A DNA stretch of 64,000 bases from NCBI GenBank assembly GCA_023205875.1, contig CP060760.1:620001-684000 (forward strand), given 5' to 3'. Position numbers and translations under genes: made by a program. Positions 1-9,094 of this stretch are shown here, piece by piece (position 1 is the stretch's first letter; every line of letters begins with the position of its first letter). Below the pieces are notes generated by a model. It was not told where the DNA came from. It worked only from the letters and a program-made list of their open reading frames with translations, and did no database searches. Source of the stretch: Chloropicon primus. Taxonomy: Eukaryota.

Positions 1-1779
1 GTGACGTACGACGAGAATGACATGGTCGAGTGGCGGAGCTCAGACAAGCCCAAGCTCGCTGGAACAAAAGTCTTCACCATTGAGCATTCCACAGTGAGTT
101 CCGACCCCTTGTACAACTCCTTGGCCACCCACTCGGCCATGTGGCCGTACAAGGTAACCGTCAACGTGACTGACAATGACATTCCTGGCGTGTCGCACCC
201 AGAGGTCGTGACGCTGACGGAGGGCGGGACGGGGCAAGATGGACAAGGGCTCGCGGAGATCGATTTTCCGATGAAGCTGCTGTCACGGCCCACGGATAAG
301 GTGGAAGTTCGGCTGAGCATCCAGGATCCGAGAGTGAGGATCTACGAGAAGTTTATGGTGGCCTCACCGGCGTACAATGTTTCGGCCCAGGGGGACGCAG
401 CAACGATCACCTGGCAGCCCGAGGAGTGGGGCACGACTAGAATCGTTCGGCTCCGCGCAATGTTCGACGACAGCGCCCAGAAGCCAGACGTTCTGGTTGG
501 CATGCACATCGTCTCAAGCAGTAACGACGTGCTGTACGACAAGGTGGTGGAGAAGGACATCGTGATCACGATCAAGGACAACGACGTGGCCAAGGTGATG
601 CTCACCACCCCAAGCGGCGGGAGCGTGGCCAACCTGGAAGTGACGGAGGGCGGATCGATGACCGAGTTCGAGATGTACCTCAATGCCGTGCCAGACAATG
701 ACGTGACGTTGAAGCTCACCCCGAGCGCTCAGCTCGAAGTGAGCCCGAGCACAGTGGTGTTCACCCCCCAGAACTGGAGCAACAAGGTCTCCGTCCAAGT
801 GAAAGCGGTCGACGACGCGCTTGTGGAAAGCGTGAAGCACCAGGGGCTGGTCAGGTTTGAGTTGACTGGCGGAACGCCAAGTTACACGAACGTCAAGGTG
901 CCCGACTTGAGCGTGACAGTGAATGAGAACGACTTCGTTACTGTCACAAGGTCGATTGGTACGTTCGGAGGCATCATCAGCCCGACCGAGCCCTCCGGTG
1001 CGGTGATCCTGAACGTCCCCGGCGGTGTGCTGAACTCGACCTTGAACATCAAGCTGGAGGAGAGCGAGAAGCCTTTGGGGGAGACTGTCCTTGGGTCCAA
1101 GGAGACCATTTCGGGCTCCCAGAACACGTACGAGAGGGTCAGCGGGACGTACTCGTTCCAACCCCATGGCCAGACCTTCAAGGCGCCTGTTTACATCACC
1201 ATCCAGTACAGCGAGCAGCTCTGGGTGAACGAGTTCACGAAGAGCCAGGTGCAAAACCGCCTCGTGTTCCTGAAGAAGGACTCCGACACCGATCCCGAGT
1301 GGAAGGTCGTTTCGGGGGGAAAGTTCTCGAACGGGGTCGCAACCCTCGCTACCACGAGCTTCAGCTTGTACAAGGTTGTCATCGAGAAGGACCCCGCCAA
1401 GCCTCCAGAGAGCATCGCCGCCGCGGAGGCACGGATGGCCGGGGGCTTGGCCGGGCAGGACGTCGCAAAGTGCATCAACGGCTTTGAGCTGGCTTCCACG
1501 GGCTCTGGTTCCACCTGCGGGTTCAAGTTCAACGACGAGATCACGACGCAGAACAACATCGAGGTGACCAAGGAAAAGGATGTGGACGAGTACAGGATCT
1601 CGGTACTCGTCATCATTCTGCTTTCGGCCGTGGGCCTGGAGGCTTTCATTATCCTGGGGCTCATCATATCGCTCAACGCGAAGAAAGCGGAGGGGGGAAG
1701 CACCGTGGGAAGCAACGCCATCGTCCCGGTGGACAACCCTGCCCACAACAACGCTCTCGTGAGCGCCAAAATCCCTTGA
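1..1779 (+). CDS. C-terminal part of a large single-pass cell-surface protein (Calx-beta/cadherin-like beta repeats, ZU5-like domain, TM helix); 5' truncated by the window
   Basis: The ORF is open from the window edge. It has repeats such as FTPQNWSNKVSVQVKAVDD and ITIKDND, a ZU5-like segment (GGIIS..LNVPGG..FQPHGQTFKAPVYITI..TTSFS) and a hydrophobic helix ISVLVIILLSAVGLEAFIILGLII. Confidence 0.65.
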   Translation: MTYDENDMVEWRSSDKPKLAGTKVFTIEHSTVSSDPLYNSLATHSAMWPYKVTVNVTDNDIPGVSHPEVVTLTEGGTGQDGQGLAEIDFPMKLLSRPTDKVEVRLSIQDPRVRIYEKFMVASPAYNVSAQGDAATITWQPEEWGTTRIVRLRAMFDDSAQKPDVLVGMHIVSSSNDVLYDKVVEKDIVITIKDNDVAKVMLTTPSGGSVANLEVTEGGSMTEFEMYLNAVPDNDVTLKLTPSAQLEVSPSTVVFTPQNWSNKVSVQVKAVDDALVESVKHQGLVRFELTGGTPSYTNVKVPDLSVTVNENDFVTVTRSIGTFGGIISPTEPSGAVILNVPGGVLNSTLNIKLEESEKPLGETVLGSKETISGSQNTYERVSGTYSFQPHGQTFKAPVYITIQYSEQLWVNEFTKSQVQNRLVFLKKDSDTDPEWKVVSGGKFSNGVATLATTSFSLYKVVIEKDPAKPPESIAAAEARMAGGLAGQDVAKCINGFELASTGSGSTCGFKFNDEITTQNNIEVTKEKDVDEYRISVLVIILLSAVGLEAFIILGLIISLNAKKAEGGSTVGSNAIVPVDNPAHNNALVSAKIP

Positions 1780-1874
1780 CTGGATTGTGTCTAATACTTT
1801 TTCCATCCTTTTGTACAACACTAGTATTTTTTCTAACGCTCAAGCTCTCTCTCTCCTTGTTGTCCTTCTGGAAT

Positions 1875-1909
1875 CCTAAAACCTAAAAACCTAAAAACCT
1901 AAAACCTAA
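1875..1909. repeat. Interstitial telomere-like repeat (CCTAAAA/CCTAAAAA) x~5
   Basis: cctaaaa cctaaaaa cctaaaaa cctaaaa cctaa, i.e. TTTTAGG-type on the minus strand, in an intergenic position. Confidence 0.75.
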
Positions 1910-2051
1910 CAAAAAGAACTTTTCAAGGAAGGGGAGGCGGGGAGGCGGGACCCAAAAAAACGCGCGTCTTGGCGGTCTTGGTATTTCAAAGGTGGGACCT
2001 TTGGGAGAGGAAGGGGAGTGGACGATCGACCGAGGACGAAGGACGGAGGAG

Positions 2052-3467
2052 ATGGCATCCGGGACGAGGCACCAAGGTGATGGGGGAGGCAGGTATAACG
2101 GGGATAGGGCGTCCACGAAGCCCAAGTCGAGCCACCAGCATAACACCAGCCACCAGCAAAACGCCAACAGTGAGATCCCCATCGACATACCGTTGGACAT
2201 CTCCTTCCTTGACACTCCTGTGGTGGCGGAGAGGAGCAGCGGTGGAGCGAGCCAGGCCGGAAGGAGGGGCAAAGGGGGAGGCAGCCACGGCAACAGCGCC
2301 AGCAACGGGCACCACAAGGGCGGTGGTAGACTTGACGAGAAGAACTTGTTCAGTATCGTGGGCGAGATCGGGAGGCTGCAGGCTATCGAGCAAGAGATCA
2401 GGTCGAGGCTGAGGGCAGTCCAGGAGGTAGAGGACCTGAAGCGCGAGAACGCGAGCTTGAAGCAGAGCTTGCAGCAGGTTAGCTCGGAGCTCGACGGGTA
2501 CAAGCAGACGGCTCAGACGCAGGACATCCAGATCGCCAAACTCAAGAAAGATGCCCAGAGAGACATGAAGAGGGTGAAGGACCTGATGGAGGTTGTGAGA
2601 GAGAAGGAGGAGGTGCAGCAGAAGTCGGATGATGGCTTCGCTGCCGCGATGGAGGAGCTCCTGCAGCAGCAGCGGCAGCTGGAGATCAGAGAGAGGGAGG
2701 TTGCCGAGAGGGCCAAGGCCACCGAGGTCAAGGAGGAGCAGATGAGGAACCAAGCCGGCCACCAAGAGAGGAGCCTGAAGGAGATTCAGAGCATGGTGTG
2801 GACGAGAGAGCAGCAGATGTGGGAGATGGAGCAAATGCACAGGATCGCGCAGGAGAGTTACCAGAAGCGGATCGCCGCACTGGAGGCTGAGGTGCACCAC
2901 CACAAGGAGATCAAGCAGCAGCTTCAGCTTTCCGCGGCGACTGGAGTGCCCATGGCAAAGGTGAACACCCAAGGCCCCGTCGGCCAGGACAGCCACGAGA
3001 TGCAGGCCGCCCACCAGCAGCGGCAACAACAACAGCAACAGCCTCCGATGAGCCAGATTGACGCTTGGAACGCGAACTTACCCCTTCTCGACCAGGACAC
3101 GCTGATCAGCCTCATCAAGCAGTTCTTGCCGGCTGGAGGTGATTTGACCAAGCCTTGGACAGCCGACGATCTGGCGAAGCTGGACACTTTCCTCCTCCCC
3201 CACTCGTGGAGCACCCACTACGAGTCGATCTACGGCACCATCGAGGACTTTGTGGCGAGCCACTACGGAAAGATGGCCGCGCCAACGATGCAGGCGCAGG
3301 CTCCGCCTCCCGTCGGCGTCGTGGTCACACCGATGCCCAAGCAGCCCCCGAGCCAGGGCCAAGGCAGCCACAAGAAAGGAAAGCAGCAGCAAGGAAAGCC
3401 TGTTGGCGGCGGTGGCAAGAGGAAGAACGCGGTGCAGAACAGGCGCAAGAAACCCGGATCCCAATAA
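2052..3467 (+). CDS. Coiled-coil protein with a C-terminal plant-type winged-helix (OST-HTH/LOTUS-like) domain
   Basis: First ATG at 2052. Long heptad-rich helix; the segment LLDQDTLISLIKQFLPAGG..W..YGTIEDFVASH resembles, from memory, a conserved domain of uncharacterised plant coiled-coil proteins. Confidence 0.6.
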   Translation: MASGTRHQGDGGGRYNGDRASTKPKSSHQHNTSHQQNANSEIPIDIPLDISFLDTPVVAERSSGGASQAGRRGKGGGSHGNSASNGHHKGGGRLDEKNLFSIVGEIGRLQAIEQEIRSRLRAVQEVEDLKRENASLKQSLQQVSSELDGYKQTAQTQDIQIAKLKKDAQRDMKRVKDLMEVVREKEEVQQKSDDGFAAAMEELLQQQRQLEIREREVAERAKATEVKEEQMRNQAGHQERSLKEIQSMVWTREQQMWEMEQMHRIAQESYQKRIAALEAEVHHHKEIKQQLQLSAATGVPMAKVNTQGPVGQDSHEMQAAHQQRQQQQQQPPMSQIDAWNANLPLLDQDTLISLIKQFLPAGGDLTKPWTADDLAKLDTFLLPHSWSTHYESIYGTIEDFVASHYGKMAAPTMQAQAPPPVGVVVTPMPKQPPSQGQGSHKKGKQQQGKPVGGGGKRKNAVQNRRKKPGSQ

Positions 3468-3594
3468 GCAGAAAACAAACAAAGAAACCTTTCTTTTTAT
3501 TTTTATGAGACAGACTTATCAATTACTTTTTCTTCGTCGTCGGCGGTGTCGGCGACCACTTTGCTTTGTGCTCAGGTCGATCACAGGAAGCAAG

Positions 3595-3970
3595 ATGCTT
3601 GCTTGGATGGGTGGCGTCAAGAGAAGGATACAGAAGAGGAAGAAGGTAAGAGAAAGCCTTGCGATCGCGATCGCGATCGATCGGAGGAGACTGGCCGTTA
3701 CGAAAGGTGGCCAAACTTACAAAGCTGCTCTTTTAGAAGTCGGACAAAGAGAAGTACAAGCAGTACCCGAAGGCCATGCCGCCGCGATCGACGGAGGACG
3801 CCTCGAAGAGCGCCCCGAAGGAGTCAGTGGAGAAGAGACAGCGGTGCGCTGCGGCGATCGCGAACCAGTCGCTCGACTGTGTTTTCCTCGTCGGTCTGAT
3901 CGAGGAGGAGGAGGAGGAGGGCAAAAAGTCTGGCGACCAAGTGATCGCGGAGCGCGGAGCTGAGGAATAA
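3595..3970 (+). CDS. Small two-exon protein (exons 3595-3645, 3737-3970), HEIP1/REDIC1-like N-terminal motif
   Basis: GTAAG donor at 3646 and TTTTAG acceptor ending 3736 join in frame: MLAWMGGVKRRIQKRKK|KSDKEKYKQY..QSLDCVFLVGL. TGTAA at 3983. Confidence 0.6.
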
Positions 3971-4136
3971 AGGTGTACTACGTGTAACCCGGCGTGTGAT
4001 AACGATGAGAGAGCCTCTCTCTCTCTCTCTCTCTCCTTTCTGCGTGAAGGGGCAGTCCAGAGCTCAAGCGTCGTCGGCGACGACTCGTCGCTGAGCGGGA
4101 AACAAAGAACAAACTGTTTACTACAAAACTTGGGGG

Positions 4137-4242
4137 AAAACTGTGTCAAAACTGTGTCAAAACTGTGTCAAGACTGTGACAAAACTGTGTCAAAACTGTG
4201 TCAAAACTGGTCTGGTGACAGACAAAACTGTGTCAAAACTGG
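4137..4242. repeat. 11-bp tandem minisatellite AAAACTGTGTC (~8 copies, some degenerate)
   Basis: Direct reading; lies immediately 3' of the NRAMP stop codon. Confidence 0.9.
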
Positions 4243-4245
4243 CAA

Positions 4246-5871
4246 TCAATCCTCAGAAATACCCAACGGAGTCCCTTTCACGGGCGCGAAGGACATATAC
4301 ACGCAGCAGGCGATGTAGAACGCGCAAACGAGATCCTGGATGATGTTCATCTGGACGCCAACCACGGTCATGGCGGACGTGTACTTGCCGAAGTAGTCTC
4401 CACCTGGAGCGACAAGGGTGTAAAAGTTGATCCCAAAGCAAGCAAACGTGACGATCCAGATGAGAATGGCTTCCACGCGTCCCGAGGCGAACTTTCCCAT
4501 GTACTTCTTGCTGGTGGTGAGCTTGACGAGCGGGATCAGTGCAAAAGGCAGGAGGAAAGCCAAACTGGAGTTCACGACGTCGATCATCGTCTCCATGGAA
4601 GTGGCATCCAAGGCTACGGCGACGGCGACGCAAGGAAGCACGGCCACGACTCGCGTGAGGACGGCCCTCAACCACTTTGGGAGTTTGATGTTGAGGAATC
4701 CGTCCATCACGAATTGTCCGCTGTATGTGGTCGTGATGCAACTGCTCTGCGCTGCGGCGATCAGGGCAACTCCCCACAGGACCTTGGCCCCCGGGACCTC
4801 CAGGTAGTCAGGGAAGGAGAAAATTCCCAAGGACTGGTCGGGGTCAACGTTGGGGTTGCCGTAAACGTAAATCGCGGCCAACGTTGCGATGCACCAGTTG
4901 ACCACGGTGGTGGACAGAATCGGGACGAAGGGGTCCCAAAGGCCCAGCTTCACCGCCTGCCTCTTGTAGGACTCCTTGGGAGGGCATCTCCTGGTCACGA
5001 GCGCGCCGGAGTGGAGGTAAAGGTTGTGCGGCATCACCACGGCACCAATGATTTGGATCGCGCTCTGCACGGATCCCGGAGGCATCTTGCCGATCGGCAG
5101 GAAGGCTCCCTTCAAAAAGGCCACGGTGTCCGTGTTCGAGCTGCCCCACTCGACGAAGAGCACGATGGACATGACCAGCACCAAGCCGCAGGCCACCAAC
5201 TCGATGAAGTAGGAGCCCTTGGCTAAGGTGGCCAAAAAGACCATCGTCGTCAGGAACGAGAGCAGCACCCCCGCCCACAGGGGCACGCTGGGGTTGAAGA
5301 GGTTGATCGCGATGGCGAAGCCGATCACCTCCGGGAGATCGGTGAGGATGATGGACACCTCCGCGATGACCCAGAACATCCACCTGATGTACTTGGGGTA
5401 CTGCTGGGCCATCGCCTCGGCGAGGTTCGTGTTCGTGTAGTGCTGGAGCTTCACGCACATGTACTGCACGTACCAGGACAGAAGCTGCGTCCAGAGGATG
5501 GTCCAGTTGAGCGAGTAACCGGACACGGCGCCCGCCTGCAGGTCGGCCTGGAAGTTTCCCGGGTCCACGTACGCGATCGCGACCAGCCACCCGGGCATGA
5601 AGTAGCGAACGTACTGAAAGAAGCTTCCCCTCGAGTCGACTCCGGGGGGAATGTGCATCACCACCTCCTCGTCGACGTCGCGCCAAGACGACACGACCCC
5701 GGGCCACTTCTCGTCCTCTATCGTCACGCTCGCCCCATTCTCGAAGCTGCCCGCGTCCTGCAAGGACCCCTTCACCTGAATCGAGGAGTGCTTCGGGTCC
5801 ACGTCAACGCCGTCCGCGTCCTTGGACGAGTCAGCGTACCCCTCCTTCATCAGCGGGTTCTCCGTCACCAT
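4246..5871 (-). CDS. NRAMP: NRAMP family divalent metal (Mn/Fe) transporter
   Basis: AYVDPGN and GAVVMPHNLYLHS motifs, TTTYSGQFVMDGFL, and multiple TM helices. Confidence 0.95.
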   Translation of the reverse strand: MVTENPLMKEGYADSSKDADGVDVDPKHSSIQVKGSLQDAGSFENGASVTIEDEKWPGVVSSWRDVDEEVVMHIPPGVDSRGSFFQYVRYFMPGWLVAIAYVDPGNFQADLQAGAVSGYSLNWTILWTQLLSWYVQYMCVKLQHYTNTNLAEAMAQQYPKYIRWMFWVIAEVSIILTDLPEVIGFAIAINLFNPSVPLWAGVLLSFLTTMVFLATLAKGSYFIELVACGLVLVMSIVLFVEWGSSNTDTVAFLKGAFLPIGKMPPGSVQSAIQIIGAVVMPHNLYLHSGALVTRRCPPKESYKRQAVKLGLWDPFVPILSTTVVNWCIATLAAIYVYGNPNVDPDQSLGIFSFPDYLEVPGAKVLWGVALIAAAQSSCITTTYSGQFVMDGFLNIKLPKWLRAVLTRVVAVLPCVAVAVALDATSMETMIDVVNSSLAFLLPFALIPLVKLTTSKKYMGKFASGRVEAILIWIVTFACFGINFYTLVAPGGDYFGKYTSAMTVVGVQMNIIQDLVCAFYIACCVYMSFAPVKGTPLGISED

Positions 5872-6167
5872 GGTCGCGCGCTCCCGTCCCTCTCCCGCTC
5901 TCTCCCGCTCTCTCCCGCTCTCTCTTCCTCTCAGTCACGAGCCACGCTCTCCGTCCCCTCTTTCCCGAAAGAAAGCGTTACGTCACGCACGGGGCCCCAG
6001 GAGAAAAACGAAAGCGCCTTTGGACGTCCAAGGGGGATGGATGGGAGGGGATGGGGTGGGTGGGGTGGGTGGGTGATTAGAAGAATTGTTGTTTTGTTAC
6101 AGTTTTACTTTTTGGTCTTTCGTGGAGTTACCTTACCAAGAAAAAAGAGGGGCGGAGGTGTCGGGCC

Positions 6168-8181
6168 TCACCGGTGAACCATCTTGTCGTACGTCGTGCG
6201 CATATCCGGCCTGTGCTGGACGTTGGACTTGATGTCCGTGAGCACGGACCGGCCGTAGTCCGTGGCGTGGAGCCCGGCCGCCCGGAGCGCCTCCGTGATC
6301 CTGAACCTCTGGTCCTGAAACAGCTTTTCGTCAAAGTAGCCGTGGACGTCGTGGAAAGCCCTTCCCTCCCCGTCCTCTTCGAACATGGAGGACGAGGCGA
6401 AGGTGTGAGCCCTGGCGCGGGCCGGGTCCGCCTCGACCTCCGGGGCCACGGAGGCGGCCAGCCTCTCCAGCCTGAGGTGCCTCGCGATCTCCCCCTCCTT
6501 GATCAGCTCCTCCTTGGCCTTCCTCTCCTCCATCTTCACGCTGTCGAGCTGCTGCCTGAACTTGACCCGCTTCTCCGTCTCCACCAAGCTCAGTACCCGC
6601 TCGTGGTCCTCCTGCAGCTTCCTCATTCTGACGTCCTCGGCCTCGGCCAGGCGCTTCCTCTCCACCTCGTCGTGGTACACCGCCAGCAGCTGCTTCTGGT
6701 GGCTCCTCTCCTTCCTCGCGGCCTCCTCCCTCCTCTCCTTCTCCTGCTGGGCCTTCCTCTCGTCCTCCAACGTCATGAAGGCCTGAATCTCGTTGTCGAT
6801 GGCCTTCTCCTTCCGGCAGTGCTCAAGCTGCTGGGTGTATGCGTCCGCGTGGATCTCCCACTTCAAGCAAGCGACCGCAGATGTCGCCTTCTTCTTCGCC
6901 TCGTTGCTCGACTTGAGCAGCTTCTCCTCGGAGACCTTGGCCACCTGCTTCAGCTCCCTCATGTGCAGCTCAAGGGTCTCCTTGCTTCGGATCCTCTGCT
7001 GCTGCTGCTGCTGAAACTGCTCGTTTTGCCTCTCCAAAGTCGAGTACTTGATGTGTGGAAGGATGTCCGAGATTTCCTTCAGAAGCGCTTTCCTTCCCTT
7101 CCTCTGGGCCTTCTTCGCCGCCTCGTTCCGGGCTCTCATGAAGCTCGAGGTCACGGAGCCCCCCCCGCTCTGCTTCAAGTGCGGGAGCTTGGGAAGGGTG
7201 GTGGTGTCCCCGGTACTCTGTTTCGAGCCGCTTCCCGGCCTCATTTCCCTTCTCGTCCTTTGAATCATTTGCTCGAGCCTCGCAAAGTCTCGACGAACTT
7301 CGTCCTTGACGTGACTCTCGGCGAGGACGTACTTGTCGAGCAGCCCCTGCAGGACAGACTCGCAGTCCGCGGGTCTGCTGCTCTGCTTGGTCGAGGAGCC
7401 GTCAGCTTGAACGGGGTTGTGCTGCCTCATGAATTGGTCCAGCTCCTCCTCCACGTCGCCCAGGGCTTGAATCTCGTCCCTTATGCTCACGAGGGTCGAC
7501 CTCAAGTCCTTGAAGAAGACTTCGATGGGCGCTGGCTCCTCGTTCGATTCGTGCATCGACTCTAGCGTGGAAAAGATGTAGTTCTTGGCGGACAAGAAAG
7601 CTATGATGATTCCGTTCACTTTGTGGGACAGCATCTTCATCTCACCCTCCTGCCTCTCGTAAGTGCTCAGCATCTCGATGAAATCCTCCCCGAACTGGAG
7701 GTCCTTGCTGTCCGCCAGGATCCTGCAGTTCGTGAGAAGCTCGTTCTCCGCATCCTCCCTGGAATAACAAACAAACAACATCCCAAAAGCAAGCAACGAC
7801 GACGATGACGAGTCAGTTGGTTCGAACTTGAGACTTTGGGGCGAGAGGCATGTTCGGCCGCCTTCCGTCGGAGACTTACGCTTCCTGCTGCAGCCTGCTC
7901 TTTCTCTGCGTCCACTCGTGCTTCTTGGACACCTTCTTCGTCCTCTTCTTCTGGTCTTTCACAAACTTTTTCAGCTTGGTGTACTGCGTATGTTTGGGTG
8001 GGTGCGATGAGAGTTCATCCTGTCAGTTTCCAGCGGAGAAAACGAGGAGCGAGCGAGAGATGCCAGGCCCATGCAGTGACGAAGCTGAACTCACCTTCTC
8101 GAATATGGCGTCGTTCTCCGACTTGAGCTTGTCGCTGAAGGCCTTGAGCTGCCTGTCTCTCAGAGCCTGAAGCTTGGACAT
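6168..8181 (-). CDS. CCDC148: CCDC148-like coiled-coil protein, 3 exons (8181-8095, 7983-7880, 7758-6168)
   Basis: Canonical GT-AG junctions restore the frame (..IFEK|YTKL..QQEA|EDAENEL..). The C-terminus DQRFRITEALRAAGLHATDYGR resembles CCDC148. Confidence 0.6.
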
Positions 8182-8677
8182 AGTCCCCACACACCACACA
8201 CCACACACACACACACACACGCACCAAAGCACGTCCCGAGGTGAAGCCTAAGACCCTTGTCCAAGGAAATATCACGTTCCAAGTCTAGATTGAGGCCCTG
8301 CACCTCCTTCAGTCCTCTACACGACGCTCCTTGTCCTCTGCCTGGTCGCCATCTTGGTCGCCATCTTGGTCCTCTCTTCTGTCTGCCCCAGGTTTTAAAT
8401 CTTGTCATGTCGGATCAACGGACGGTGAAGGGGAGCACCGCGCGCTGCCCTGGAGGACGAGGACGGGAACGTGACCACGTTGGGCGACGGGGAGGAAAGG
8501 TCGAGGACTGAGGGAGGCGAGACCCTCGCGACCGAACTTCATCCATCTCTATTGATTCGTTTGGGGCAAGGAGTGGTCGATTACGAGTTGGATAAAGTTA
8601 AGAAGATTGGAGGAAAGTGACTCGGGGGCCAGGAGGGAGAGAGGGGAGGCTTGTGGTTGGCGGAGGGGACCCTGGCG

Positions 8678-8977
8678 ATGGCGACGAAGGAGGAAGCCGG
8701 GGGATCGAAAGAGGGGACGAAGAAGTCCGGAGAGTCCCTGCTGTCACCGGCTGTGCTGGACGTGATATACGGGAGACGGGAAACCGTGGAGGGGAACTTA
8801 ACGAAAGCGGAGGCGTACGACAGGTCCCTGAGGAGCTGGTGGCGGGAGTACAGCGACAGGAAGAACGCGGACGAGGAGGAGCACCCTTGCGACTCGCTTT
8901 ACTATGACAGGAACACCTTGCCGAGGACTGTCCCGCCGCCTGACGTTTGCGAGGACCTCGTGAAAAGGGAGCAGTAA
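8678..8977 (+). CDS. Hypothetical 99-aa protein
   Basis: ATG at 8678, GC3-rich codon usage and an AT-rich tail after the stop. Confidence 0.5.
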   Translation: MATKEEAGGSKEGTKKSGESLLSPAVLDVIYGRRETVEGNLTKAEAYDRSLRSWWREYSDRKNADEEEHPCDSLYYDRNTLPRTVPPPDVCEDLVKREQ

Positions 8978-9094
8978 CGCCTCCTTTGTTTTTTGGATTC
9001 GACCGCACGCGCTTGTACATTAATTGACCGGTAAATTCTAGTTGTACATATTCTTACTCGTGATTTGGAGCGGTCGCCCCGCCTCGCTCCTGTG

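Noticed and set aside
3661..3683. GCGATCGC (cyanobacterial HIP1-like) palindromic run
   Set aside because: A short simple repeat inside an intron, with too few copies to suggest foreign origin.
4137..4242. Possible CRISPR-like array
   Set aside because: Head-to-tail 11-mers without unique spacers, no cas genes and a eukaryotic context.
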